The position numbers and the translations under genes were made by a program. A stretch of DNA of 62,684 nucleotides, the filler included, from Basidioascus undulatus (taxonomy: Eukaryota), in the NCBI GenBank assembly GCA_000826855.1. It is 10 parts of 10 records of this genome, joined end to end, with 100 filler letters (N's around TTAATTAATTAA, not from the genome) between each part and the next. Parts side by side here need not be neighbours in the genome. Positions count along the whole stretch, not along the records: positions 33,661 to 37,742 come from JTLS01002247.1; positions 37,843 to 41,920 come from JTLS01002248.1; positions 42,021 to 46,095 come from JTLS01002249.1; positions 46,196 to 50,254 come from JTLS01002251.1; 6 more parts are not named here. One strand, given 5' to 3'. Of this stretch, positions 36,016-48,842 are shown piece by piece. The notes beneath the pieces were generated by a model that made no database searches, was not told the DNA's origin, and was given only the letters and a program-made list of their open reading frames with translations. Position 1 is the stretch's first letter. Each line of letters opens with the position of its first letter.

Positions 36016-37742
36016 ATGGACGAACCAACCGCGGCAGATGTCGTAAAAGGATCCAAGGACGTAAAGGAGGAGGACCCTGCCAAGCTCGCGCGCCGCCGCG
36101 AGCTGCGAGCTGCCAACCTCCAGGCGCACTCGTCTGATGAGTCTGGTGCGTTTCCCCAGTCCCACTGCTTTCAAGGGGTGCTCCCTGAACATATTCTGAC
36201 CACTCCAGCAGAATCTGCCAAGCTCGACTCGTCTCTCAAGCGCCACACGGCGTTCCTCAAGCGCATCAAGCTCGGCCTGGGCGCAGAGAGCCTCGCGCAG
36301 AACGTCAAGGACATCCAGCAGCTCAGTCTCACAAAGTACATCGAGGAGATCGTCGCTGTTGTGCCTGAAGGCGCGGCGAAGTGCAAGAACGAGAAGGACG
36401 CTTGGGCGGCAGTCGAGGTGAGCGTTGGAGCTGCGAAGTGGGGAGGGTGTGCTGGGTGGGGTAGAGTGGGTGCGGTTAGGGGATGGAATGGGCGAGGAGC
36501 TAGTCCAGTGTGTTTACACGCGGACTGACGCGATCCGGACAACTGCAGACCATCTCAGCGCTGCACCAGCGCTTCCCGACCTCCTTCACGCACCCGCTCT
36601 CCTCTCTTCTCGCCACGGCGCTCGCGCCCTCCTCGCGCACCGTGCTCGCGACACTCCCGCCCGAGCAGCGCGAGAAGGAAGAGAGCGCGCGCCTCACCCG
36701 GCAGCGCCCTCTCCTGCGCGTCGCGGGCGAGCTCTGGCTCGTCGGCGTGCTGATCGACCCTCCTGAGAAGGAGGGCAGTAAGAAGAAGGAGGGCGCGCCG
36801 AAGGACGGGTGGTTGTTTGTTGTGCTGAAGGAATTGGTAAGAGGTCGCTTTGCTTCGTGCAGGGGAATGGTGGCTAAGGGGACCTGGGGATCGATCAGCT
36901 CGCGACCGACCGCGACCACGCGAACGTCCCCCTCCTCACCTCCTTCGTCAAGCACTTCTACACGCTCGTCCTCGGCCTGTTCTCCGCTCCCGCAGGGGCG
37001 GACCCGCTCATAGAGTCCGCGACGCAGGAGCGCTTCCGCGCGCTGTGCACGATGTACTACGAAACGCTTGCGCGGAAGCTCGTCAAGGAGCACACTGTGG
37101 GTCTTCTTCCCGACTCTAGGCTGGAGGGTCGTGGTCGGCTAAATGATGTGAGACGGGGCGGCGGGGCGTTGAAATAGCGCCTTCAAGAGCAGGATCGCAG
37201 GAACCACGAGGCGTATATCCGTTCAGGAGAGATCTTCGAGGACCGCCAGCAGGCGTATGAGAAGTTCACGAAGGCGTATGAGAAGCTTCTGTCCTCCACA
37301 CAAACGTGCGTTCCTCTCGCCTCTCAAAGCGCAGCCCCATTCTCACATAGCCTTCTTCCACCCCAACAGGCTGTCCGACCTCCTCCGCGTCCCGATGCCC
37401 GAGCTCCCCACCGCGCAGACCAAGGGCCTCGTCCTCGTCGTCGGTGACGGGCAGTCGGCGTTCGCACGCGGCGAGGGCGAGGAGTACGACAGCGCCGGCG
37501 GCAAGTGGGAGGACGAGGAGTCCAAGCGCTTCTACGAGGATGTCCTCGACTTGGCGGATCTGGTGCCGGCCGCGATTTTGGGGACGAAGAAGGGCGAGAA
37601 GGTCGAGGAGGAGAAGGAGAAGGAGAAGGAGAAAGACGAGAAGGAGCTGGAGAAGCCGCTGGATGCGCCCGCGGAGGTTGGCGAAGCGGCGCCGGCAGCG
37701 GACGGGTGAGGACCTTCGTATCTCGTCTCTGTGAGAAGGGGA
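36016..37742 (+). CDS. UPF2: Nonsense-mediated decay factor Upf2/Nmd2, 5' part (truncated)
   Basis: KLDSSLKRHTAFLKRIK, LSLTKYIEEIV, DAWAAVE|TISALHQRF, RQRPLLRVAGELWLVG, QDRRNHEAYIRSGEIFEDRQQAYEK, KWEDEESKRFYED. Confidence 0.93.
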
Positions 37743-37842
37743 NNNNNNNNNNNNNNNNNNNNNNNNNNNNNNNNNNNNNNNNNNNNTTAATTAATTAANN
37801 NNNNNNNNNNNNNNNNNNNNNNNNNNNNNNNNNNNNNNNNNN

Positions 37843-38703
37843 GCCTGACACCAACCTCCCACACCCCTCCCCCCAGCTCCATGACAAACTTCTCCTCCTC
37901 CACTCCCTGCGGCAAGCGGAGCACGAGCTCGACCCCGCCCGCTTTCTCAGGGGCGTCGAGCACATACACGCTCTCGTGCGCGGTGGACCGCACGGGCCCC
38001 GCGCCGAGGATGGACGTGTAGAGCAGGGTTGTCGGGGCGAGGGCGGTGCGCGAGAGGAGGAGCGTGAGGGAGGCGATGGAGGTGGCTTTGTTCGGGTGCG
38101 CGGTGGGGGACGGGGGGACGCGTAGGGCGCGGGGGGTCAGGTCCTACTACCCATCCACCCTCAGTATCACCACGAGCTTGTGTTCGGAAGAAGCCCACGC
38201 ACCTCGCAGTAAAACGGCACGCTCCCCCGCTCATACCTCTCCCCCGGAAAAGTGACCTTCCACCTAACCTCCTCCCTATCCGGGCGCTTCCTCCCGCCCT
38301 CCTGCGGGGGATCATAGAAGCTCTCGACGCCCTCCTCCTGTTCTTTGCTCCCCAAAAGCGCCCAGTCGATCCACCCCTCGCGCTTCGCAGCCCACCAGTG
38401 CCCCTCGCGCTTCGCGCGTTCGTCGCTCCCCTCGGGGTAGTGCGAGAGCGGGTGGACGAACTGGATGAGCTCGATGTAGATCCCGTCTGGGAGCTACGGA
38501 GGGGAGAGTGAGTATGCGGGCGGAGAGGGGAGGGAGAAAGGACGCACGACGATGAGGGCGTTGGAGGTTAGCCCGTCCGCGTGCGTGCCCCCGGGGAGGA
38601 CGGTGAGGCCCAGGGAAGTGAAGTGCTCGACTGTGCTGGACAGTTCGCCAGGCGGGGAGAGGTGGATGAGGTGGTCCAGGGTGCGGGGGTTCGCGGGGGA
38701 CAT
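37843..38703 (-). CDS. Glyoxalase-like (Glyoxalase_3/VOC) domain protein; 3' end truncated
   Basis: TLDHLIHL, GLTVLPGGTHADGLTSNALIV|LPDGIYIELI, EGWIDWALLG, GGRKRPD..VRWKVTFP, VPFYCE|DLTPRALRVP. Confidence 0.85.
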
Positions 38704-38987
38704 GGCGGTGAGGGGTATGGGATAGGGCGCGGTTTGGAGGGTATATGGTGGGTTTGGATTGGTATAAATATTGGTACGATGCGAAGAGGTCGAGTCACAA
38801 TCAGAGTTACAATCCATGGGCAGTATCGCGACAGCCAGAGTGTGGGGACCAGCCCGGTTCCTGTCGGCTTTAGAGTGTTCTCAGAACCCCCGCTAGACAC
38901 CGGCCTTCTCCCAGCCGTGCCTTCTCGCTTCGCCCTCCTGCCTCCAAACCGTCTTCCATCCACCGTCATCTCCCTCTCGATCTTACA

Positions 38988-41920
38988 ATGCTCCTCCTCC
39001 GCGCCCGACATCCACCCCTCCCCTCCCTACGCCTACCTCTCTCCCGCCTCGCTAGCACCTCCTCCCGACCGCCGAACCCGTACTCCTCCACCCTCCTCCT
39101 CCCCAAGACGCAGTTCCCCCTCCGCGCAGATGCCGCAAAGCGCGAGCACCTCTTCCGGCCGCGCACCACCGCGGCGCTGTACCGGTGGCAGCGGGAGCAT
39201 CTGGACACGGGGGAGGGGGAGGAGTGGATCTTTCATGATGGGCCGCCGTACGCGAACGGGCGGCTGCACATGGGCCATGCGCTCAATAAGGTCCTTAAGG
39301 ACATGATCAACCGCTACCGGGTCCTTTCAGGACAACGGGTGCAGTGCGTCCTCTCCCCTTCTCCTCCCCCCTCCTCCTTTTACCTACTCACCTGCATCCC
39401 CAAGCTACGTCCCCGGCTGGGACACGCACGGCCTCCCGATCGAGCAGAAGGCCCTGGCGGAGCTGCGCGCGGACCACCGTGCGCTCTCCCCCGTCGCTGT
39501 GCGCGAGGCCGCAAAGCGCACCGCGCTAGACGCGATCGAGATGCAGAAGGACGAGTTTGAGGCGCTCGGGCTCATGGCGGACCTCAGGGACGAAAGGGCT
39601 ACGTATCGGACGCTAGGTGGGTGGGCGGCGGCGAGTGGGGATGTAGAATTAGAGAGAGAGGCTCATGCATTGGTTCTTTTCCGTCCGCCTGCTGGTGCTG
39701 TGTTGCTGTAGACCACGAGTACGAGATGCGCCAGCTCGAGCTGTTCCGGTCGATGGTCGCGAAGGGTCAGCTGCTCTCCTTTCCTGCCCTTCCCCACCTT
39801 CTCCCCATCTCACCCTCTTTCGACCAGGCCTGGTACACCGCGCGCACCGCCCCGTTTACTGGTCGCCCTCCTCGCGCACTGCCCTGGCCGAAGCCGAGCT
39901 GGAGTACGCCGACGCGCACGTCTCGCAGTCCGTCTACGTCCGCTTCCCGGCCGTCTTTGAGGGCGAGGGCGTCGGCCTCGTGTGCTGGACTACGACGCCG
40001 TGGAGTTTGGTGGGGAACATGGTGCGTGGTCCGTCCCCTTCCTCCCTTAGGGCGTTGCTGACAGTGCGCGGGGGACAGGCAATCAGCGTGAACCCCGACC
40101 TGGAGTACTCCCTCGTCCAACGCGAAGCAGACGGGGACGCCCTCATCCTCGCGTCCGAGCGTGTCTCCGCGCTCGAGTCCCTCCTCGGCCCGCTCACAGT
40201 CCAGCGCACCTTCCCCGGCTCCGCCCTCCTCTCAGTGCGGTACACCCCGCCCTTCCACCAATACACGCTCGGCGCGCCGGCCCCCTCCTATCCCATCCTC
40301 TCTGCCCAACACGTAACCTCCACGAGCGGCACGGGACTCGTGCACACCGCCCCTGCGCACGGGAACGAGGACTACCTCGCCTACCGGTCGTACCTCTCTT
40401 CTCTCCCCGCCTCCTCTTCCCCCCCCACCACCACTACCTCCTCCGCCATTGGTGAGGACCTCCTCTCCCCAGTCGACGTGGACGGTCGCTTCGCCTCCGA
40501 GGCTGTGCGCAAAATCTGCGGGCGCACGGACGGGACGCGCCTGGACGGCCTTGAGTGCCTGGGCGAGGGCGCCAGGGAGGTGGTCCGCCTGCTCCGGGAG
40601 CGGGAGGCTCAGGAGAGGGGGAGGAAGTGGGTCCTGGCGGAGGAGCGCGTCGAGCACCGCTACCCGTACGATTGGCGGACGAAGAAGCCGGTGCTGATTC
40701 GGTGAGTTGGGCGGATGTGTGTGGGTGATCGGAGACGGGGCTGACTGGGGCGTGGTGAGAGGGTAGGGCCACTTCCCAGTGGTTCGCGAATGTCGACGAG
40801 CTCAAGCAGACTGCGATCGACGCGCTAGAGGGGGTGCAGTTCATCCCCCCGCTCGGGCAGAACCGGCTTTCCTCCTTCGTCTCTTCCCGCTCGGAGTGGT
40901 GCATCTCGCGCCAACGCGCCTGGGGCGTGCCGATCCCGATCCTCTTCCACACCCCCTCCTCCACGCCCGTCCTCGACCCCTCCGTCCTCGCACACACGCT
41001 GAGCGTCCTCAACGCGCACGGCACGTCCGCGTGGTTTGCCCTCCCCGCATCCACGTTCCTCCCGCCCGCGCTCGCGAAGAGGGCGGACGAGTACGAGAAG
41101 GGCACCGACACGATGGACGTGTGGTTCGACTCAGGGACGAGCTGGACGGGCCTCCCCGGCGCGAGGGAGGGGAGGAAGGCGGATGTGTATCTGGAGGGCA
41201 GCGACCAGCACAGGGGGTGGTTCCAGAGCAGTTTGCTCACGAGCGTTGCCCAGCGAGGGGACGCACCGTATCGGAGGTGTATTACTCATGGGATGGTCGT
41301 GGATGAGAGGGGTATGAAGATGAGCAAGAGCTTGGGGAACGGCATCAGCCCGATGGACATCATTAAGGGCGGGAAGGTGCGCTCCTTCCTTCATTCCATT
41401 CCCTCCTTCCTCTCTTCGCCTATCCCCTTGGCAGCTAAAGCTCAACTTCATGATCCCCAAACAGGACCCCCAAAAGCTCCCCCCCTACGGCGCCGACGTC
41501 CTTCGCTACTGGGCCGCCTCAGTGGAGTACGCGCGCGACGTCCCCATCGGGCCCACAGTCATCGCGCACGCGTCCGAGGCGCTCCGCAAGATCCGCAACT
41601 CCGCGCGCTTCATCCTCGGCAACGTGCGCGCCGCCGGGCTCGACGCGCTGGTGCAAAGGGAGGATATGGAGGTGGTGAGGGGGCTTGCTGCTGCGCGAGA
41701 AGAAGAACAGAAGGGACTGATTGGGTTGGATGGGCACGGCGCGCAGATAGAGAAGTGGGTGATGCACGAGCTGGCGGTGCTGGAGGAGCGGTGCAGGGAG
41801 GGGTACGAGGCATTCGCGTTCAACCGGGGTGCGTTTCGTCTTCTTTCTTTCTCTCCCTCCCGATCTAGTACGCTGAATGAACCCGCGGGTCTCGCTGGCG
41901 CTCGACAGTCACCCAAGCGC
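38988..41920 (+). CDS. ISM1: Mitochondrial isoleucyl-tRNA synthetase (truncated)
   Basis: Presequence, HDGPPYANGRLHMGHALNK, VPGWDTHGLPIE, WTTTPW, GTGLVHTAPAHG, WCISRQRAWGVPIP, YLEGSDQHRGWFQS, KMSKS. Confidence 0.96.
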
Positions 41921-42020
41921 NNNNNNNNNNNNNNNNNNNNNNNNNNNNNNNNNNNNNNNNNNNNTTAATTAATTAANNNNNNNNNNNNNNNNNNNNNNNN
42001 NNNNNNNNNNNNNNNNNNNN

Positions 42021-42518
42021 CCCCCAGAATGGCACCGCCCCACCTCTCCTCTCCCTCCCATCTGCTCTCCCAACCACCTCTCCACCTCCCCGCAGCCGCA
42101 CCCGAACCCGAACCCGAACCGCGACCGCTCCCCCGGCCCGCCGCTTTCCTCACTCCTTAACCACGGCCCCCTCTCCCGCGCGGAACTAGAGGCGCACGCG
42201 AGAGAGCTCAGAGAACAGCGCGCGTACCTCGAGGGCATGCTCGCGAGGACGGAACGCCTCCTGAGCGGCATCGAGGCGGCCCTCGCCCCCTCTCCCGCAC
42301 CTGCGCCCGCGCCCGCGGGGGAGAGCCTGAGCCCTGAGCTGAGGCATCTGCGCGACTTGCCGGTTATGGACGCTGTGCCGCTCCCGCTCCGCCGCGCGAA
42401 GGCTGCGCCGGCCGCGGTGACGGAGGAGGAGGAGGTGGACGAGCTCGCAGCTGGGGAAGGCGGCGAGGGTGGGGGTGGTGGAGGAGGGGGAGGCATGGCG
42501 GCAGAGACGGAGCGATAG
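42021..42518 (+). CDS. 3' end of an unknown coiled-coil protein
   Basis: ELEAHARELREQRAYLEGMLARTERLLSGIEAAL... ending at the stop at 42518. The 5' part is lost in the gap. Confidence 0.5.
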   Translation, partial: PPEWHRPTSPLPPICSPNHLSTSPQPHPNPNPNRDRSPGPPLSSLLNHGPLSRAELEAHARELREQRAYLEGMLARTERLLSGIEAALAPSPAPAPAPAGESLSPELRHLRDLPVMDAVPLPLRRAKAAPAAVTEEEEVDELAAGEGGEGGGGGGGGGMAAETER

Positions 42519-44155
42519 GACGAGGATGAGATTGAGGTCGAGGGGAGAGTGAACTTATTGGAGCGATAGACTTTGCAGCGCATTACATTATCTAGACGCG
42601 CTTTCGCGAGAGACTTTGGAGGAGAGTGTCGGTTGCTTTGAGGCGGGAGTGTGTGCTGACTTGGACGAGAGAGAAGTGGGGTCGGTGAGGCGGAGGGGAG
42701 GGGCACGACGAGCAGGTGCAGGTGGGTTGGTGTGGCTGGCGCTGCTGTCACGCACGCTTCCCTCCTCATTGGGTGGAGAGCGTGTGCAAGGCGGAGGTTG
42801 CCGCAGGCATCAAGGAGCGAACGCGGGTAACGTTAGCAAGCGCATGCATGCTTCTATCGGGCACACGTAAGGAGGTTGCAGCGTCGTTCCGGCACACTCA
42901 TCAGGAAACGCGGAAAGTGGCCGCGAGTAGAGTCTCGATCATGTATATGTATTGAGGGAGTTCATTGACAACAACGGTATGAAGAAGAGCAACGACATAG
43001 GTCTATTCGAGTCTGGAGAAAGAAAGAAAGCGAGCGCAAGTACAACGAGGCCAGGCAAAGCGTCCCGGGTGGGGAGGGGAAATCTGATCGGCTCGAGCCC
43101 GTGGACCTGGCGCCGACGCGTGAAGGTATGATCAAGAGAAAGAAAGGAGGGGAACACACGTTTGCCGTTGAGCATTTGAGAGGTCGATCTCGGCCAGCCC
43201 GGCTATGAAAGTGAAAGCAGTCAGGACGTAGTCAGGACGTCCGCTACCTCCCCTTGCGTTCTTCGGACCCGTTCAGACCATCAGTGCAAGGTGAGACTCA
43301 AGTTTGATCAGCGGTGAACCTCGTGCTTGAGCAGCATCCAGACATTCACAGCGACGCGGGCAGCTTCACAGAGGCGCTTGGGGCCCATTGGAGCCTGCCT
43401 CCCTGCGGGGCTAGTTGGCCTGAAATCGGTAGACCCAGGACAAGTCCGGGCGTTAATATCATTGCTCGGTCGTTTCGCTCAGACGGCACGCAACAGCACA
43501 GGCAACAGGCAAGAAGTTGAATGCGTGCTCTGGAGCTGTCTCGCGTGCACACGACCACCAGGCAGTGTTTCCTGTGCCGCTCGGAAGAGCACCGGGCCGC
43601 CTGAACTGAAGATCCGAGAACTTTGCTCTACTGAAGAAGTCCCTTCAAGCCTATCCCCACATTACTGAGATGTCCCGGCTTGAATCGGTTTGTGGGGGTG
43701 GGAGGACGTTTGGACCCAAGAGGACCACGAGGCTCTCGACACATCATCCCAGGGTCGGCTCAGTCCGTTCGGACACGCACGGCTGCGGGCACCCGAGAAT
43801 GTGTGATGAGGCACGAGGCACTCGAGCTGCCAAAACCGTCGGTACGCGCGCTTGTGGGCGGCTCATTGCGGGTTCAATGATGTGCTGTGAGGGCACGAGG
43901 ATATCATTTTACCCCGTCGATAAGATAAGATTGACATTTTCCAAGCAATATGATGAGATGATCTCTCGTATTTTTTTGTACTCTCGGTCGGCCGTTAAGA
44001 CGTCCGTTTGCGGTAGCGTTCAACTGCTCCACAGTGCATGCACACTGTCAGGCGAGCCGTCCTATACATGCCGCACCGTTTCTTCGTCTCCCTTTTCTCC
44101 TTGTCTTGTGCTCCCACCCTCTCCACCGCTCCTCTCTTAACGACGCACAACCGCA

Positions 44156-45108
44156 ATGTTTGTTGCACGACTCCTCGCCGCCGGCGCTGTCCTTGCCAGT
44201 CTCGTCGTTGCCAGCCCCATTTCGGCCGGCAAGGCCGAGATCCATCTCAAGTGTGCGTCGACTGCGTTTCTTTTCTTCTTTCATAACAATTTTCCTCACG
44301 GCGTGTCATACAGACCCCAAGAACAACACGATCGTCGGCTCTCAGTGCGTTATTTCCTGTGGTTTTGCAGGTTTGGTACTGAAGCAAGCGCTTGACCACC
44401 AGGGTCGCCATCGCCTGGGAGGAGCCTGAGAAGAACGCACTCGATAACTAACTCGCGACTTCTTCGCCTCTACATGACTTGTACGTTGCTATGTATTCTC
44501 CTCTTCGGGTATGAAGGTTCAGATTCTCATGGGGAACCGCGACCACCTTCCGTTTCAGACCCGAATGGCACTCAAGCGATGCTCACCCGCACCCGCGCGG
44601 CGGACCCGGACGAGGCCACGGAGGAGGACCACTGCCCTTGGATCGACTCCCAGTACGAGAGCCTCCAAGTGGAGCAGGTCGGAACATACGAGGTACGTTC
44701 GAAACGAACCCTTCCATTTCTGAATTATGGGCGCAGGACTGATCTGTGGTCATTTTACGTTACAGGTCTAGTGGAGTGGTGTGCTCTACTTCGGTCAGTC
44801 CTTCTGTTCTCAGTCTTCGTCCAGCTGTCTGTATTCTCACAACACAACCCACACTTCCCTCAACCCCCAAGGAAGGCTTTAACCTATGTCAGTTCACCCG
44901 GGACGAGCCGCAGACCGAGTTCGAGTTCAAGCGGTGGTTCATCGTCGTGAATGGTGACGCCGAGGACAAGCTTGCAACGTTCGAGGGGGAGAAGACGTCC
45001 TATCCCGTCAAGGACCCCTCCGGCGTCCAGAACGGTGCTTTGTCCACCGTCCGCACCGCTGCGCCCGGCCTCGCGCTCGTCGGGCTTGTGTTCACGTTCG
45101 CTCTCTGA
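44156..45108 (+). pseudogene. Small secreted/GPI-anchored protein gene with an apparent frameshift
   Basis: Signal peptide MFVARLLAAGAVLASLVVA and a GPI-like C-terminus NGALSTVRTAAPGLALVGLVFTFAL. An AACT duplication at 44446-44453 creates a TAA stop. Confidence 0.55.
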
Positions 45109-45700
45109 TGACTGTGCCTTCTTTCGGGCTATGCTCGCTCGAGCGATGCTGGTTCATGTACATTTCCTCATTGTAGCCTCCCTTGATCAGCTTTTCTTCT
45201 GGTGGTTGATTTGTTCCCTTGGGCCGTTCTTCGCCTGCAATCAATTTGTGCCTGCCTGGATACCTGCGCGTGCGCCTGGAACTGCATGTTAACCACTGCC
45301 TCGCAGCCCTCTCCTTATCTCCATTCTGAATTTTTTCCTATCCAGCTTCAACTAGTTATTTAAACGCACAATAATCTAGCACTTGCTCAACGCGCCCACC
45401 TCGGGCAGTGGCTCACTTGGCGCACGCAGACTACGCCAGCGAAGCAGCTGAACCAGTCTGAGTTTGTCGTTGGCGCTGGTGCCGGGCGCCGTGGCGACTG
45501 CGGCAGTGGCAGCCAAGGCGGGTTCGATCGCAAACGTACCTGATGCTGAAGTCGGTGCTTTCACTCAGTCCTCATCCTCATCCTCCTGCCTTCTCCTCGC
45601 GCTCCTTCCTCCTCCTCACACCCACACTCATTATTTTCCGAATCTGACATAGTCCCACCCAGGACGGCCTCCCCGGCCTTCCTCCCGCCCCCTCGCCCCG

Positions 45701-46095
45701 ATGCACCTCCCGCTGGCGGCAGTGTTCTCCCTCTCGCTCTCCCTCCCCCTCTCCGCCGCCGCACTCCAGCTCCCAATCCACCCCGTGCGGCCATCGCAAC
45801 CGGCCCACCGATTACGAGGGCGCTCAGCGATCGACGAGCTGACGCTGCTGGACGACGAGTTTGCGGCGTGGGCGCGGGACGAGCGCGCGCTTGTGCGCGA
45901 GCGGTGGAGAGGCGTCGGGGCGCGGCAGGCGCAGGCGCAGGGGAATGCGCGAACAGCCGGGGGAGTGGAGGAGCGGGATGAGGGGCGGGTGGGGCTGGTC
46001 AACCAAAATATAGATGGGTGCGGATCCATCTCCCTTCGTCTCGGTAGCCGGCGAGCTGACGCTGGGATTAGGATAAGAAATAGTGAAGCGAGGAA
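45701..46095 (+). CDS. Secreted aspartic protease (A1)-like prepro region (truncated)
   Basis: Signal peptide, LQLPI, propeptide, then VGLVNQNIDG and an intron. No catalytic motif within the window. Confidence 0.5.
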
Positions 46096-46195
46096 NNNNN
46101 NNNNNNNNNNNNNNNNNNNNNNNNNNNNNNNNNNNNNNNTTAATTAATTAANNNNNNNNNNNNNNNNNNNNNNNNNNNNNNNNNNNNNNNNNNNN

Positions 46196-46248
46196 AGAGC
46201 GTCAGATTGAAGTCCTGAAGGTACCGTGTTCAATCCACGGAAGAACCA
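46196..46248 (+). tRNA. tRNA-Phe(GAA), 5' end lost in gap
   Basis: AGAGC G TCAGA TT GAA GT CCTGA AGGTA CCGTG TTCAATC CACGG AAGAACC A, followed by TTCTTTTT. Confidence 0.85.
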
Positions 46249-47316
46249 TTCTTTTTGTCTTTTGCAGACTGTCCGCCGGGCCTGGGTGTTGTGTCGTATG
46301 GTGTGCGGTGGGCAACTGAATAACCTTTTGTTTTGAAGACGCAGTCCAACGAGGCAATCCATCTGCTGTGTGGAACATTATCCGATATGTGGGACGGTTG
46401 CGAGGTTGAGTCGGGTAGCAGTCCCTTTGAATTGAAACTGTCGTCGTCTACACAACCGTTCGGCTTGGTGTAGCGCTGTCGCACCGCCAAGTTCCCGCAG
46501 TATATACATTTGGCTGACTACTCCAGTCAAAGGCATAGAAAGAAATACACGCAGTGATGCGGTAGGCTGTCCTCCGCTTGACGTGGACATCGATTATGCC
46601 ATATCGCAGGCATTCAATTACAAATGTCGAGTAAAGAGGTGCTGCGTGCCTAGCCAGAGCCAATGCATTTACTAGAAGCCCGTATGGGGTTATTTGCTTC
46701 TGGGCGGATAGCTGCGGTGATGAGTACTTCAAGTGCCATGAGTCCCTATATCATGGTCAGATTGAGATTTCTGCACTTTTCGATAGGGATTCTTTCAGTA
46801 CAGTTCCACCTAGTTCCTGAACGCATATTCAATCCGCGCTGGACGTCCAGTCAAGGTCAAGTACCAGCTAGGGCCTGTTCGATGATACCCTTGCCGTCAG
46901 GGCTCTTCGTAAACATTCCCCCCTTTTAACGGACAGCATTATTAGTCAATAGATCTCGATTTTCGTGTTACGGAAGGTTGAGCAAACGGCACCAGCAGGA
47001 TGGCAACAGAGCAGGTCAATCGCTTGAAGCTGGACGTTCAGACTGGCATTATTGAGGACCTCCTGACCAATTTTGTATTGTCTCCATGTTGTGTGTTTCC
47101 ATCCAATAAAGTATCTTCAGAATTTTTCCGTTCCGGAGGAATAGTAAGAGTGCATGAGGGTGAAGAAGGTAACAACCAGCTGTTATGGTTGAGACTATCA
47201 CGTGTAAAAAAGCCACTTCCACGTTGACAGTGACGTTGTCTTGGTCACCTCCCTCAACTCCGTCCAAATTTCTTTCTTCCCGACCATCACCCACGGCGCC
47301 GTTTAACGCGCCCACC

Positions 47317-48553
47317 ATGAAGTTCAGGGTCGGGCTCGGGCTACTCGCCTCCGTGCTGAGCTTCGCCACCGCATACCAAAGTTAGCCACATCTCTTCCCT
47401 ATCATTGCTCCGCGACAACTGACCCCCCGTTTACCCACAGCACGCTCCGACCGCGTCCGCTTAGCATCCATAAAGTCCCTCACGCTACACTCCGACGTCA
47501 ACACCGCCGCGCGACGCACATGCGCCGTGCCGCAGCTGACGTGCGTTGGCAAGACATGCCAACTGTACCAGCCCGAGAGCGTGTACTGCGTCAATCTTGG
47601 GGATGATGGGGTGGGCGGGGTGAGCTGGAAGGTGAATACTGAAGACTCCTGAAAGGGGGGTGAACTATGGTAATTGGAAAGTAGCTGATGAATGAGGGCG
47701 CGGTGGCCAGTGCGAGGCGGACTTGCCAGAGAGTCTGAGATTTGGGAAGGTTGAGGTCGTGTGTGAGGGGTATGATGGGCCCGGCGATCCTTATGTGTTG
47801 AAAGGTGCGTGTATGACAATTTTCCGATTCTCGAAGCTCTGCTGAACGGCTGGTTTAGGCTCCTGTGCCCTCGAGTACCGTCTCGTTCAACTGAACGACA
47901 AGCTGCGGGGGGCCTCGTCTTCCTACGATTCGTACCTCCCCTCAAAGAGCACTCGTACGCCGGTTGGAAGCTTCTCAGTTTATAGTGCCCCACAGGTTGA
48001 CGTAGTATATTCTACAGTCGACAAATCCCTCAACCTCGCCTTCAACCTCCTCTTCATAGCCGTCCTCTTCTGGATCCTCTACACCCTCTTCCGCTCCACC
48101 CGCACTCCGCGTACACCTGGCGCATCAAACCAGCGCCCCAGACCATGGTTCGACGCTTTCGGTGGCTCCGGCTGGGGTGGTGGCAACGGACCCGACGAGA
48201 CTCCGCCCCCGCCGCCGTACACCAAGTACGCGTCCGGCGACCCGCAGCAGCAGCAGCAAGGCTGGCGCCCCGGGTTTTGGACGGGCCTCGGACTGGGCGG
48301 ACTCGCGGCTGCGGCGATGCGCCAGCGGCAGGAGCGCCAGGCGTGGGATTGGGAGACGCGCATCCGTGCACGGGAGGCGCATGCGCCCCGCGGGTGGAGG
48401 AGCGGGTCTGCGTGGGGAGGAGGAGGAGGGAATGCTGCGAGGTTTGGGGGGAGCGGCTTCGCGAGCGGGTCGGGCTCGGGCTCGGGCTCGGGCTCGGCGG
48501 GGTTGGGGGAGATGAGGACGTCGAGTGGGATTGGAGGGAGCAGGACACGGTGA
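47317..48553 (+). CDS. SARAF: SARAF/TMEM66 (DUF1183) family membrane protein
   Basis: Signal peptide, IKSLTL..TAARR..VPQLTCVG, WK|CEADLPESLRFGKVEVVCEGY..PYVLK|GSCALEYRL, a TM helix, WRPGFWTGLGLGG, C-terminal MRTSSGIGGSRTR. Confidence 0.9.
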
Positions 48554-48842
48554 GATGGATGCATGGGCATTCCGACAAGTTGTCCCGTGCTACCATCGTT
48601 GTCTGTGATTTCTAAAATCCTCGTTCAAGTAATCGATCCCAATAACCTGAGTCTGTCTGTAGTAAAAGGAAGAAACTTGGGAAAACGGGCGTGCAGCTTG
48701 ACAATATTCCGAGGGCTGTCCGGGGAATGAACCGCACGAAGGCTGCGCTTCGCGCCTCGAGGGCCTTTCTTCATCTCGCCACGCTTCATTTCTCGGTCTC
48801 CTCCGCTTCTGTTCATCAGCCTCTTCCGTCTTCCCGCTCATT

